Assembly: GCA_947652615.1 (NCBI GenBank)
Contig: CANTDX010000005.1
Coordinates: 7,333-71,332, forward strand
Direction of reading: 5' to 3'
Origin: an uncultured Dorea sp.
Lineage (GTDB): Bacteria > Bacillota > Clostridia > Lachnospirales > Lachnospiraceae
Length of the DNA: 64,000 nucleotides
The notes under the pieces are model-generated. The model did no database searches. It was not told where the DNA came from and worked only from the letters and a program-made list of their open reading frames with translations. The first letter of the stretch is position 1. Each line of letters opens with the position of its first letter. Below, in pieces: positions 35,752 through 45,429 of the stretch. Position numbers and translations under genes: made by a program.

Positions 35752-36897
35752 TTAAATATTATCCAGGAATTCATCAATATAGAACAGCGCCGCCCCCGCC
35801 GCAGACGCCTCCACCTTATACCGGCACTCTACCAGATAATCCCTGGCCCGGTCTCCGAACGGATTCCTCTCGTCCACACGCCGGCAGATCTCTTCCATAT
35901 ATCTCCCAACATGAGCACCCACATATCCGCCCAGGATCACTCTCCCGTCAAACAACATCCTGACATTGTGGATCGCCGCAGTCAGATGCCCAAGATACTC
36001 GTCCCACAGCCGCTTTGCCGTCACATCTCCTTCTTCCAGTGCAGCAAAGAATGCTTCCACATTGCCGTCCGTATAATCCGTCAGCTTCCCGGCCCGGCAT
36101 ACCGTATCAAAGCAGCCCCTCTTCCCGCAGTAGCAGAGTTCACCGCCCTCCGGCACTGCAGCCATATGCCCGATCTCGCCGCCCTTGTGCGTATTGCCCT
36201 CATAGATCGCATCGTCAATGATGACCGAACCGCCCACACTGTTGCTCAAGCTGATGTAGAATGCATTCTGAAGCTCCTTGTTCGTCCAGGTCTCCCTGTA
36301 CCCCGCCGCATAGGAGTCATGGACCAGTCTGTTGCGGTACGGTATATACGCCGCAATCTCTTCTCTCTTCTTCTTCGCAAAATTCAGCGCCATGCCATAT
36401 GTGATATATTCCCCGTCGTCCGAAATTAGGCACTGTACAGAGATCCCGACCCCCAGCAGCTCTTCATCACGGATTCCCGCATCATTCTTCACGGATTCCG
36501 CCACCTCACCGATCTTGCGCAGATATGCATCGTCCTCAAGATCGAAGGCTATGCGCTGCCGGTCCATGCTGACAATATCACCGGACAGATCCACTGCCAC
36601 CGCGGTAATGTGATTCGCCGTAATATCCACGCCGATCGCCGCCCTCGCATTCTTAACATAAGTAAATGCAGTCGCATTCCGCCCACCGGTATTCTTGATC
36701 TTCCCCGATGTATCGATCAATCCCTGCCTCTTCAGGTAATCAAGATTGGCCGTGATCGTTGGCAGGCTTAACTGCATATCCACAACAATATCCTGCTTGG
36801 ATGCCGATCCATGCTCTCTGATATAATTGTAGATACTCCTTCTATTCTTCGTCTTGATCTCCTTTGCTCCTATCTTATCTGCACTCATCCGTCTCAC
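35752..36897 (-). CDS. ROK-family transcriptional regulator (second copy)
   Basis: wHTH N-terminus (NRRSIYNYIREHGSASKQDI) and ROK Zn motif CYCGKRGCFDTVC. Confidence 0.9.
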   Translation of the reverse strand: MRRMSADKIGAKEIKTKNRRSIYNYIREHGSASKQDIVVDMQLSLPTITANLDYLKRQGLIDTSGKIKNTGGRNATAFTYVKNARAAIGVDITANHITAVAVDLSGDIVSMDRQRIAFDLEDDAYLRKIGEVAESVKNDAGIRDEELLGVGISVQCLISDDGEYITYGMALNFAKKKREEIAAYIPYRNRLVHDSYAAGYRETWTNKELQNAFYISLSNSVGGSVIIDDAIYEGNTHKGGEIGHMAAVPEGGELCYCGKRGCFDTVCRAGKLTDYTDGNVEAFFAALEEGDVTAKRLWDEYLGHLTAAIHNVRMLFDGRVILGGYVGAHVGRYMEEICRRVDERNPFGDRARDYLVECRYKVEASAAGAALFYIDEFLDNI

Positions 36898-36961
36898 CCC
36901 ATCTCACCATATCACGAATTTGCAAAATGTTTTTCATGCTTTTTAACGAATTCACAAAATG

Positions 36962-37585
36962 TTATATTAGTTCCAGCGAAAGAAGTTCCTCAAAGGAATC
37001 TATCGTCACATAATCTCCCTCGACATCGCCGAATCCATATGACACATAGATCATCGGAATTCCTGCCCTGCGGCACGCGTCTGCATCTCCCTGGGTATCT
37101 CCCACATATACCGCTTCCGTAACCTGGTTGCGTTCCATGATAAGCCTGATATTCTCCGCCTTAAGCTTCCCCGTATCATCCGGACACAGATGATCTGCGA
37201 AATACTCTGACAGTCCTGTATTCTTAAGAAAGGCCTCGATATAACCTCCCTGGCAGTTGCTTACGATCAGCAGCGTAAACCTCTTACTCAGCTCGCGAAT
37301 CGTCTCCGGCACACCTTTGTAGATCTCGCAGGCAGCCGTCTCTACTCTGCTGTTCTCATATCGGAACAGATGCACCGATAACTGTTCCTGCTCCTGCCCA
37401 GTCAGCTCCGGGAACAGTGCTGCAACGATCTGGTTCATCGGCTTGCCGAATTCACGCACCAGATCCTCGCTTGTAATGATCCGGTCAAGCTGAGTGTGGT
37501 CTTTCACGGCCTGCGTCCATGCGATCGCTACCTGCTCGGTTGAGTTCCATAGTGTGCCGTCTACATCAAAAATAATTGCTTTCAT
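36962..37585 (-). CDS. HAD-family hydrolase (phosphatase)
   Basis: Motif I IIFDVDGTLW, motif II LIVSN, motif IV VGDTQGD. Confidence 0.85.
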   Translation of the reverse strand: MKAIIFDVDGTLWNSTEQVAIAWTQAVKDHTQLDRIITSEDLVREFGKPMNQIVAALFPELTGQEQEQLSVHLFRYENSRVETAACEIYKGVPETIRELSKRFTLLIVSNCQGGYIEAFLKNTGLSEYFADHLCPDDTGKLKAENIRLIMERNQVTEAVYVGDTQGDADACRRAGIPMIYVSYGFGDVEGDYVTIDSFEELLSLELI

Positions 37586-37702
37586 AGAGGGAATACCGCC
37601 TTTTCATTTGATATCTTTATCAATCTTTTCTATCTATTATAATAGTATCGGATACAATTATCAACCTTTTATAAAAGCATTTTAAAAAAGTATGGGATAA
37701 TC

Positions 37703-37741
37703 AAAAAGGTGTAAAGCCCTAAACAACTAAGACTTTACACC
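37703..37741 (-). terminator. rho-independent terminator closing the BMC operon
   Basis: 9-bp stem GGTGTAAAG / CTTTACACC. On the minus strand it is followed by TTTTT (A-run 37703-37707 on the plus strand). It is also flanked by TTTT on the plus strand, so it may act bidirectionally. Confidence 0.65.
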
Positions 37742-37824
37742 CTTTTGCATACTTATTTTACTTGCATCCCATCCCTCTTGGGTCAATCTGATAATGATAT
37801 TTGTTGCTTCTGACATCCGTATAA

Positions 37825-38808
37825 CTAAGCCTGCAGACAGGTAATCGCCACCACCCCTACAATATCTTCTGCACTGCATCCTCTGGACAGATCATTGACC
37901 GGCCTTCGAAGTCCCTGCGTGATCGGTCCATAGGCCTCTGCCTTCGCAAGTCTCTGCACCAGCTTATATCCGATATTTCCGCTGTTTAAATCCGGGAAAA
38001 CAAGCACATTCGCATTCCCTGCCACATTACTGCCCTTACATTTCATCTGCCCTACGGTCTCATCAACCGCCGCATCCAACTGTATTTCCCCGTCTATTTT
38101 CAGATTCGGATACCTCTCCTTAACCCTTTCAGCAGCGGATATGATTGGTTCAAGCCTCTTATTCTTAGCGCTTCCTTTCGTAGAATAAGACAACATTGCA
38201 ACAATCGGCTCCCGCTCTGTAAGCTGCTCAAAACTTCTGGCTGATGCCGCCGCAATATCCACAAGCTGATCTTCATTTGGGAATTCAACCAACCCGGAAT
38301 CCGCGAACAAAAATACGCCGTCGCTTCCATACTGACAATCCGGTACTACCATAAGAAAATATGCTGATACCGTCCGAATTCCTTCCGCTGTTTTAACAAT
38401 CTGGAGTGCAGGACGAAGGGTATCGCCCGTAGAATGACATGCGCCTGCCACCATTCCATCAACCTTATGATCTCTTACCAACATTGCACCATAATACAGC
38501 GGATCCATAAGCAGCTTTCTTGCCTGTTCCCGCGTCATCCCCTTATGTTTCCGAAGCTCATACAGCTCACCTGCCAAATCCTCGAAACCATCCTCATTCT
38601 TATAATCAAGAATCTCTACTCCTTGCTGCCTTAGCCCTTCTTCCCCCGGAATTCCTCTCACCCCGTCAGAAAGCAGAACAATCCGCGCAATTCCCTCTTC
38701 TGTAATCTTCCCGGCAGCCTGTGCTACTCTCTCATCATAACTTTCCGGAAGTACAATTACACATTTCTTCTGGGCTGCTCTTATCTTTACCTGTTCTATA
38801 AAATCCAT
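37825..38808 (-). CDS. pta: phosphate acetyl/acyl-transferase (PTA_PTB type)
   Basis: 327 aa with a full Pta pattern (IVLPESYDERV, GMVAGA.HSTGDTLRP, NVLVFPDLNSGNIGYK). Confidence 0.9.
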   Translation of the reverse strand: MDFIEQVKIRAAQKKCVIVLPESYDERVAQAAGKITEEGIARIVLLSDGVRGIPGEEGLRQQGVEILDYKNEDGFEDLAGELYELRKHKGMTREQARKLLMDPLYYGAMLVRDHKVDGMVAGACHSTGDTLRPALQIVKTAEGIRTVSAYFLMVVPDCQYGSDGVFLFADSGLVEFPNEDQLVDIAAASARSFEQLTEREPIVAMLSYSTKGSAKNKRLEPIISAAERVKERYPNLKIDGEIQLDAAVDETVGQMKCKGSNVAGNANVLVFPDLNSGNIGYKLVQRLAKAEAYGPITQGLRRPVNDLSRGCSAEDIVGVVAITCLQA

Positions 38809-38869
38809 TCTACCCTCTCCCTAATACAGCTTACAGAACTGCACAAGCTGCCAATCCCTCACCGAAAGA

Positions 38870-39151
38870 TCATTCGGATACATGAATCATATCTACCACT
38901 GCAATCACACATAGATCGATCGGACCCGGATGATCACATCTGGCAGCATATCTTGCTCCTTGGCCTTCCTGTATCACAAGAACAAGATCTCCGATTCCTG
39001 CATCACTGTCGGCACCATCAACCGCGATCATCTCTGGACCACAGAATTCACCATCTGCTCCAACCTGTTTTACGATCAGCAGTTTGTGCCCTTTATAATC
39101 TTCATGTTTCTGTGTGGAAATGACATTTCCTACTACTCTTGCTATCAACAT
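38870..39151 (-). CDS. BMC vertex protein (EutN/CcmL family, BMC-P) 1
   Basis: MLIARVVGNVISTQKHEDYKGHKLLIV is the canonical EutN/CcmL N-terminal pattern. 93 aa. Confidence 0.9.
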   Translation of the reverse strand: MLIARVVGNVISTQKHEDYKGHKLLIVKQVGADGEFCGPEMIAVDGADSDAGIGDLVLVIQEGQGARYAARCDHPGPIDLCVIAVVDMIHVSE

Positions 39152-39153
39152 AA

Positions 39154-39423
39154 CTAATATCCCGTGTACATACTGTCAATAATTGCCGTTATTCCTGCAT
39201 CACAGCAGGCTTCCGGATTTGGCAGACAAAAAGCGCCTTCTTTGCTCTTGGCATAGATTACCTTCTCCCCTACGCCGCTGCCGGCCGCATCTCCCGCCAC
39301 AATCGGAGACCCCTTGGCATTTCCCGCGGAATCAATCGGCTGTATCACCATTAATCGGACTCCGTTAAGCCGTTCATCCTTTCTTGTTGCCACTACCGTT
39401 CCGATAACCTTTGCACTATTCAT
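39154..39423 (-). CDS. BMC vertex protein (EutN/CcmL family, BMC-P) 2
   Basis: AKVIGTVVATRKDERLNGVRLMVIQP pattern. 89 aa. Confidence 0.9.
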   Translation of the reverse strand: MNSAKVIGTVVATRKDERLNGVRLMVIQPIDSAGNAKGSPIVAGDAAGSGVGEKVIYAKSKEGAFCLPNPEACCDAGITAIIDSMYTGY

Positions 39424-39731
39424 TCCGCCTCACCTTCCGAATATTTCTCAAATACTTTCCTGCCGCCTATATCTATATGATCAACCACTGCCATAATCGT
39501 TGCATCCACAGGCATATTGCTTGTCATTTCTGTCTGTCTGGCAGAACTTCCTCCTACTACCAGAACAATCTCCGATTCTCCTGCACCTACCGCATCAACG
39601 GCAACAACCGGTTTCCCTTCATTTTCCAGACTCAGCAGACTAACCGGCTGCACCACAAGCAGCTTCAGTCCTACCAATCTCTGTTCCTTACATGTGCACA
39701 CTGCACTTCCAATGATTTTCGCCGCATACAT
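39420..39731 (-). CDS. BMC vertex protein (EutN/CcmL family, BMC-P) 3
   Basis: AKIIGSAVCTCKEQRLVGLKLLVVQP pattern. 103 aa. 4-nt overlap with the next BMC-P gene. Confidence 0.9.
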   Translation of the reverse strand: MYAAKIIGSAVCTCKEQRLVGLKLLVVQPVSLLSLENEGKPVVAVDAVGAGESEIVLVVGGSSARQTEMTSNMPVDATIMAVVDHIDIGGRKVFEKYSEGEAE

Positions 39732-39838
39732 GAAATGTATCTTCCTCCAATCGCCCTATCATAAAGCTGCCCGCTTCTTTCCATACATATGCCATGAGGC
39801 GCGAATGAATCTTCAAACACGCCCCATAAGCATAATTT

Positions 39839-40693
39839 TTAATAATTATTTGCCACAACAATATCTACTTTTTTGGACGGGCATTTCTTTTTACAGTTGC
39901 CGCATCCTACACACTCATGCCCTGATTCTTTCTTACTGCCGTTGTCACCCGCTACAATAGAGATGCCATTGCTTGTCCCAATACGAGTGGCCCCTGCCTC
40001 TACCATCGCCATTGCTGTCTGATAATCCCGTACACCGCCGGAGGCTTTCACTCCCATATCCGGTCCGACTGTCTGTCTCATCAACCGGATATCTTCAACT
40101 GTCGCTCCTCCTGTCGAAAAACCTGTTGATGTCTTGACGAAATCTGCTCCTGCCATCTTCGCGATCGCACAGACCTTTACCTTCTCCTCATCTGTAAGAA
40201 GACACGTCTCAATTATGACTTTCACAAGCGCCTTACCGCGTGCTGCCGTAACGACATCTTCTATATCTTTCTTTACATATACCCAGTTTCCGGACTTCAC
40301 CTGTCCGACATTGATCACCATATCCACTTCTTCGGCACCCTTTTTGATACTGTCGATCGTCTCGAGAACCTTGGATTCTGTAGTAGTCGCCCCCAGAGGG
40401 AAGCCGATCACACAGCAGGTCTTAACACCTGAACCGGCAAGCTCCTTCGATGCAAGCGGAACATATCCTGGGTTTACACAAACTGAAGCAAACTGATTCT
40501 CTCTGGCTTCTGCACACAACTTCACAATCTGCTGTTCTTTGGCATCTGCCTTCAGTAATGTATGGTCAATATATTTTGCAAGATTTACTGCCGGACTGCT
40601 GCAAGTCTCTGCCGTATGGCTCACATCAGAAGAAACCTTATTATAAATCTCGTCTGTAATCTCCGCAATTAATTTTTCAATATCCATATTCAC
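39839..40693 (-). CDS. deoC: DeoC-family (deoxyribose-phosphate) aldolase with N- and C-terminal extensions
   Basis: Class I aldolase blocks [24 protein letters not shown] and the Schiff-base Lys in FVKTSTGF. It also carries about 35 extra N-terminal residues and a C-terminal tail with [12 protein letters not shown]. Confidence 0.85.
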   Translation of the reverse strand: MNMDIEKLIAEITDEIYNKVSSDVSHTAETCSSPAVNLAKYIDHTLLKADAKEQQIVKLCAEARENQFASVCVNPGYVPLASKELAGSGVKTCCVIGFPLGATTTESKVLETIDSIKKGAEEVDMVINVGQVKSGNWVYVKKDIEDVVTAARGKALVKVIIETCLLTDEEKVKVCAIAKMAGADFVKTSTGFSTGGATVEDIRLMRQTVGPDMGVKASGGVRDYQTAMAMVEAGATRIGTSNGISIVAGDNGSKKESGHECVGCGNCKKKCPSKKVDIVVANNY

Positions 40694-40709
40694 TTACTCC
40701 CTTTATGTT

Positions 40710-41000
40710 TTATTTTTTGACCTGCTCCGGATGCGGAAGAATTCCTTCTACATCTGCGTGAGGACTTGCGATCACATGTACGGACACCAATTCTCCCACT
40801 CTCTTTGCTGCGGAAGCACCCGCTTCTACTGATGCCTTGACAGCACCTACATCTCCCCGCACCATTACAGTCACAAGACCTGAGCCAATCTGCTCCTTAC
40901 CGATCAACCTCACGTTTGCCGCTTTTACCATTGCGTCTGCTGCCTCGATCGATCCTACAAGACCTTTTGTCTCCACCATTCCTAATGCTTCGTTTGCCAT
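40710..41000 (-). CDS. BMC-H shell protein (PduA/EutM-like)
   Basis: [26 protein letters not shown] ... [22 protein letters not shown]. 96 aa. Confidence 0.95.
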   Translation of the reverse strand: MANEALGMVETKGLVGSIEAADAMVKAANVRLIGKEQIGSGLVTVMVRGDVGAVKASVEAGASAAKRVGELVSVHVIASPHADVEGILPHPEQVKK

Positions 41001-41021
41001 GATTATTCCTCCTGATATTCT

Positions 41022-41309
41022 TTATTTAACTTTTGGTAAAATTCCTTCCACATCTGTATGTGGGCTTGCAATCACATGTACGGATACTAACTCTCCTACC
41101 CGTTTCACTGCTGCCGCTCCCGCTTCCACAGAAGCCTTGACAGCACCTACATCTCCTCGTACCATTACAGTTACCAGACCTGATCCGATTTTCTCCTTAC
41201 CGATCAGATGCACATTTGCAGCCTTAACCATTGCATCCGCTGCTTCAATCGCGCCTACCAGTCCCCTGGTCTCCACCATTCCCAATGCTTCTTTTTCCAT
41301 AATAGCCAC
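41022..41309 (-). CDS. BMC-H shell protein (PduA/EutM-like), tandem paralog
   Basis: About 90% identical to the neighbouring BMC-H over the core. 95 aa. Confidence 0.95.
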   Translation of the reverse strand: MAIMEKEALGMVETRGLVGAIEAADAMVKAANVHLIGKEKIGSGLVTVMVRGDVGAVKASVEAGAAAVKRVGELVSVHVIASPHTDVEGILPKVK

Positions 41310-41350
41310 CTCTTTTATTAAAATTCTTTATGTTGTTACCTAATACACCT

Positions 41351-41905
41351 TTACATAAGCGCCTGATACATATCCTTATGCAGTGACGGAATCACTTCAA
41401 TATTTAATATCATTCCTTCTTTGCCAAGCTGCAGTTTCGCCGTATCTGCCGCAGTCGTTACGTCACTGATGCTTCCTGTAACAAGGACAAATGCCTTACC
41501 TCCAAGCCCTCTTCCTAGCCTGACTTCGATCAGATCGATCGCAGCGCTTTTAACTGCATAATCCGCTGCGAGAATCGCACTCGCCAGAGAATAAGTCTCT
41601 ATTACTCCCACGGCTTCTCTCTGTTCGGGCGCTGTCGATCTCATGATTGCAGGGATTACCTCCGGGGCAATGCTTGATATAATAATGGAATCCACAACCT
41701 TTTCCCTGCCCGCCGTCTTTCCTGTCGCAATTGCAGTCTCTACACTGGAAGTATCTCCTGCCACCAACAGCACATATTTCCCCGGGCAAACCGGCTGCGC
41801 CATCACAAGCTGCACATCTGCTGATTTTAACATCTCATCTCCAGCGACTACACCGGAAGCAACACTGTTTAATTCTAATGTTCCTATTGCCAGTCCCATA
41901 TTCAC
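41351..41905 (-). CDS. tandem-domain BMC-T shell protein (PduT-like)
   Basis: Two BMC domains in 184 aa. The first carries QPVCPGKY, which resembles the Fe-S-ligating Cys of PduT. Confidence 0.85.
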   Translation of the reverse strand: MNMGLAIGTLELNSVASGVVAGDEMLKSADVQLVMAQPVCPGKYVLLVAGDTSSVETAIATGKTAGREKVVDSIIISSIAPEVIPAIMRSTAPEQREAVGVIETYSLASAILAADYAVKSAAIDLIEVRLGRGLGGKAFVLVTGSISDVTTAADTAKLQLGKEGMILNIEVIPSLHKDMYQALM

Positions 41906-41910
41906 ACCTC

Positions 41911-43236
41911 CTACCCCTTCGTAATCTCAATATAATCTGAAGCCACCGCCGTAACTTTTCCCTTGATGGATGCATGTACAGGCGCCCCCAACGCTCCATC
42001 AGGAACCTGACCGATACATTGGCCTTTCTTGACCTTGTCGCCCTCTTTTACAATCGGCGTACACGGTGCACCAATATGCTGTTTCAGCAATATCCTTACC
42101 ATCTTGGGTGTCTGGATTGACTCAATATATTTGCTCTCTGTATCATACGGAGACAGGCCCATCCTCTGAATGACTCTGCCCGACGGCACCTTAGACTCAT
42201 TGCGGAACAGATTCACATTCTTCGGCTTCTGATTGCTCTTCACCTTCCTCGCCAGAAGTCCCTGCCTTACTGCCGAAATAAAACGGCTAGGTGCAAGTCC
42301 CATATTACATCCTACATAAGTACACAATCCACAATTGCAGCAACCAAGCGCAGCCTGTCCATCAGCCAGTATATCCGCATTATTCAAAGTAAGTGCCTGC
42401 ATGATCTTATGCGGCTGAACCCCCAAACCAAGATTGCTCCTGGGACAGATCAAAGTACAGTAATTGCATTGGCAACAGGCTGATTTGGCTATCTTAAGCT
42501 GATAGTTGAAATCCTCTGTCTTCTTAACGACTAACGGATGTTCCGAAGGAAATACAAGCACTCCGTTCGTAGTCTTTGTAACATATTCCTTCCGAGGATC
42601 TTCAGCCACACGCCCCATCAAAGGACCTCCCAGAACCACCGCATAATCTGAAACCATGACACCTCCTGCCAATTCCAATAGGCTTTCAATCGGCATTCCA
42701 ATCGGCACCTGTACCGTCATAGGTTCTTTTACCGCTCCTGCTACTGTCACCATTCGGCCGGTTACTGCCGTTCCCTGTACTGCCTCAGAGATGTGGAACA
42801 ACGTTTGTGCGTTTAATACAACACATCCAACCTTGATCGGAATCTCGCCTACCGGAACTACCCGCCCAGTCACTTCATATATAATCTGCTGCTCATCACC
42901 CGCCGGGTAATAATTGTCCAATAGATGAAGTGTAATATGTTCCTCCCCTTCTACCGCTCTCCGAAGTTCTTCTACAGCCTTCTTATTCTTATACTTAACG
43001 GCCAGGACCCCTTTTTCAGCACCAGTACATTCAAGAGCCGCCTTCATGCCTTCAACAATTATGTCTGCATTGTGCTCCATCAGATACTTGTCTGACTTGA
43101 TAATCGGCTCACATTCTGCGCAATTGGCTATGACTGTATCTGGAGTGCTCTTCAGCTTCGCATGTGTAGGGAACCCGGCTCCTCCTGCTCCAACCACTCC
43201 TGCCTGTTTTATTTTTTCCAATACCTGCTCTTTCAT
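41911..43236 (-). CDS. PduS/RnfC-like Fe-S flavoprotein
   Basis: GVVGAGGAGFPTHAKL nucleotide-binding block, an SLBB-like region, and two Cys clusters (CCQCNYCTLICP; CCNCGLCTYVGC). Start chosen at MKEQVL (ATG 43236, after GAGGTGG). Confidence 0.85.
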   Translation of the reverse strand: MKEQVLEKIKQAGVVGAGGAGFPTHAKLKSTPDTVIANCAECEPIIKSDKYLMEHNADIIVEGMKAALECTGAEKGVLAVKYKNKKAVEELRRAVEGEEHITLHLLDNYYPAGDEQQIIYEVTGRVVPVGEIPIKVGCVVLNAQTLFHISEAVQGTAVTGRMVTVAGAVKEPMTVQVPIGMPIESLLELAGGVMVSDYAVVLGGPLMGRVAEDPRKEYVTKTTNGVLVFPSEHPLVVKKTEDFNYQLKIAKSACCQCNYCTLICPRSNLGLGVQPHKIMQALTLNNADILADGQAALGCCNCGLCTYVGCNMGLAPSRFISAVRQGLLARKVKSNQKPKNVNLFRNESKVPSGRVIQRMGLSPYDTESKYIESIQTPKMVRILLKQHIGAPCTPIVKEGDKVKKGQCIGQVPDGALGAPVHASIKGKVTAVASDYIEITKG

Positions 43237-43247
43237 AAGCCACCTCG

Positions 43248-44702
43248 CTATATAATTCTGAATGCTCCATGAAGGGTACATCTGCGGGATTTGGTAAAAT
43301 TCTTTGCTGAAGTCAGCCCTTCTCCGGTTGGAGTTGCGATGGTAAGGGTCGTATAACCTTCTCCATCGATTCCAAGTCCAGCATAGGACGGTGCATTTTT
43401 CACAAATATTGTTGTATCAACTGCACGTGCCATCTTCGTCAGATTGTTCACATTCTCCGAGTGCATCATTGCCGTATGATGACAGCCGTTCTCTGCAATT
43501 ACTGCTTTCTCAATTGCCTCATCGACTGTCGCTACCCTTGTGACCGGAACCACCGGCATCAGCATCTCAGTCATGACCAACGGATGCTCAAAAGGTACCT
43601 CAGCAATCACCGCTTTTACCTCTCGGTTCACGATTACACCCGATTCCCGTAGGATATAAGAAGCATCCCGTCCTACATATTTCTTGTTCGGTGCATATTT
43701 ACCATCCTTCGTCTCGACCATAACTGTAGCAACAACCGCTTGAAGCTCCCTGTCGTCTGCGAGATAGGCACCCTCTTTTTGCATCTGTGCAATCAGCTCA
43801 TCCGCTACACAATCTTCAACCAAGATCTCTTTCTCCGCTATACACAGAATACAATTCTCATAATGAATACCGCTGACAATATCCCGCGCTGCCCGTCTGA
43901 TATCCGCTGTTCGGTCCACTACCACAGGCGGATTACCCGGACCTGCCGCGATACACTTCTTTCCCGTCTTCATCGCAACTCTTACAACTGCTTCTCCGCC
44001 TGTTACAACTAAGAGTTTTACGACCGGACTAGACATGATCACTGCACTGGTGTCCATTGTAGGCTTTTCCGGTGCACACAGAAGATTATCTGGTCCTCCC
44101 GCTGCCACGATTGCCTGGTTCATAACCCTGATGGTTTCTATCGATGCTTTCCTGGCTCCCGGATGCGGATTAAACACAACTGCATTTCCTCCTGCAACCA
44201 TCCCAATTCCGTTATTGATCACCGTTGCCGTAGGATTCGTGGACGGTGTGATCGCACCGATTACACCAAAAGGCGCCATCTCCGTCAACATCAATCCGTC
44301 ATCCCCGCTGCATGCCAATGTCTTCAAATCTTCTGTGCCAGGAGTCTTATTGGCTGCCAGAAGATTCTTTGCAACCTTATCCTCTACATGACCGTATCCA
44401 GTCTCCTCATATGCAATCTCAGCAAGCTTTCTTGCATTCGCCCTGGCTGCCCCCCGCATCGCATCTATGAATCTGCCGCGATCCTCCAGCGTATATTCCA
44501 TAAGATTCCTCTGTGCTATGGCTGCCGCCTGGATCGCCGCCCTGACATCTACGAATATCCCATGTCCGCCTGCCGTCATATCCAACGACAGAGTGCGATC
44601 TGTATCATTCCTATTCACATTACCCACGTCACTCACAGGTTCTTTCAAATCCTGTTGAAGGTCCATTATATACTGTGATATCTGCGAGGTTGATATTCCC
44701 AT
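43248..44702 (-). CDS. CoA-acylating aldehyde dehydrogenase (EutE/PduP-like)
   Basis: 484 aa with an ALDH fold pattern and catalytic Cys region ENCILCIAEKE. An N-terminal extension of about 45 aa contains an amphipathic helix (SQISQYIMDLQQDL). Confidence 0.85.
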   Translation of the reverse strand: MGISTSQISQYIMDLQQDLKEPVSDVGNVNRNDTDRTLSLDMTAGGHGIFVDVRAAIQAAAIAQRNLMEYTLEDRGRFIDAMRGAARANARKLAEIAYEETGYGHVEDKVAKNLLAANKTPGTEDLKTLACSGDDGLMLTEMAPFGVIGAITPSTNPTATVINNGIGMVAGGNAVVFNPHPGARKASIETIRVMNQAIVAAGGPDNLLCAPEKPTMDTSAVIMSSPVVKLLVVTGGEAVVRVAMKTGKKCIAAGPGNPPVVVDRTADIRRAARDIVSGIHYENCILCIAEKEILVEDCVADELIAQMQKEGAYLADDRELQAVVATVMVETKDGKYAPNKKYVGRDASYILRESGVIVNREVKAVIAEVPFEHPLVMTEMLMPVVPVTRVATVDEAIEKAVIAENGCHHTAMMHSENVNNLTKMARAVDTTIFVKNAPSYAGLGIDGEGYTTLTIATPTGEGLTSAKNFTKSRRCTLHGAFRII

Positions 44703-44721
44703 CTTTCAAACCCCCTTTTCT

Positions 44722-45429
44722 TTATCTATTTATTATCTGTATATTCAACTCTTTCGCCCGTTCCAACGCTAACGGTGTAACTACCGCGTTCCTGGCTGCA
44801 TGAATCTGCCTGCATCCTCTCGCATAGAACTCTTCCACTCTGCTTTCTGTAATAAAATCTGCCTGCTGCTGTTCCTTCATTGAAACCATTTCCCCAAACT
44901 CGGGCGTCAGACCCGCAAATGAAACTCTCATATCCCAGAGGTCGCAGAGCATATCTTTCACAGATTTGCCAAATCTCCCCTCCGGTAACACTCCGGTCAC
45001 ATAAGGCAGCCGAACGTTCACTTCTTTCCCCACCATCAAAAAATACAAAGCAATTCGGATAAACAGGCTGCTTTCTTCTCCGTCCTTAAGCATTCTCAGA
45101 AAATTTAGCGACGGAGCATATATCTCAAGCTTCTGATACCTTGGCAGAATACTTAATACGTGGCTGATATCTTTCTGATTTTCCTTACAAAATACTCTGA
45201 TCCCTAAAACTGTATTCTCTTGCCCGCTTCTGCCTTCATAGAATAAGTCCAAAGCATCAAGTTCACCATATAATCTATATTCTTCAATCACTTCGTCCAG
45301 TCCGATCGGATATTCAGGTATCAGGAACAACACCCTTCCGTCTTCCTTCTCCCGCTCTTTTCTGCGAATGTAATACATCAATACACGCCTAACCAGGGTA
45401 CTGATCTCATCCCTGCTGATCTTCATCAT
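44722..45429 (-). CDS. BMC-associated protein of unknown function
   Basis: 235 aa. ATGA overlap with the upstream TIM gene. N-terminal amphipathic helix (RDEISTLVRRVLMYY). The C-terminal roughly 45 aa (DFITESRVEEF...AVVTPLALERAKELNIQI) resemble the short N-terminal module of EutT-type adenosyltransferases as I recall it. Confidence 0.6.
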   Translation of the reverse strand: MMKISRDEISTLVRRVLMYYIRRKEREKEDGRVLFLIPEYPIGLDEVIEEYRLYGELDALDLFYEGRSGQENTVLGIRVFCKENQKDISHVLSILPRYQKLEIYAPSLNFLRMLKDGEESSLFIRIALYFLMVGKEVNVRLPYVTGVLPEGRFGKSVKDMLCDLWDMRVSFAGLTPEFGEMVSMKEQQQADFITESRVEEFYARGCRQIHAARNAVVTPLALERAKELNIQIINR

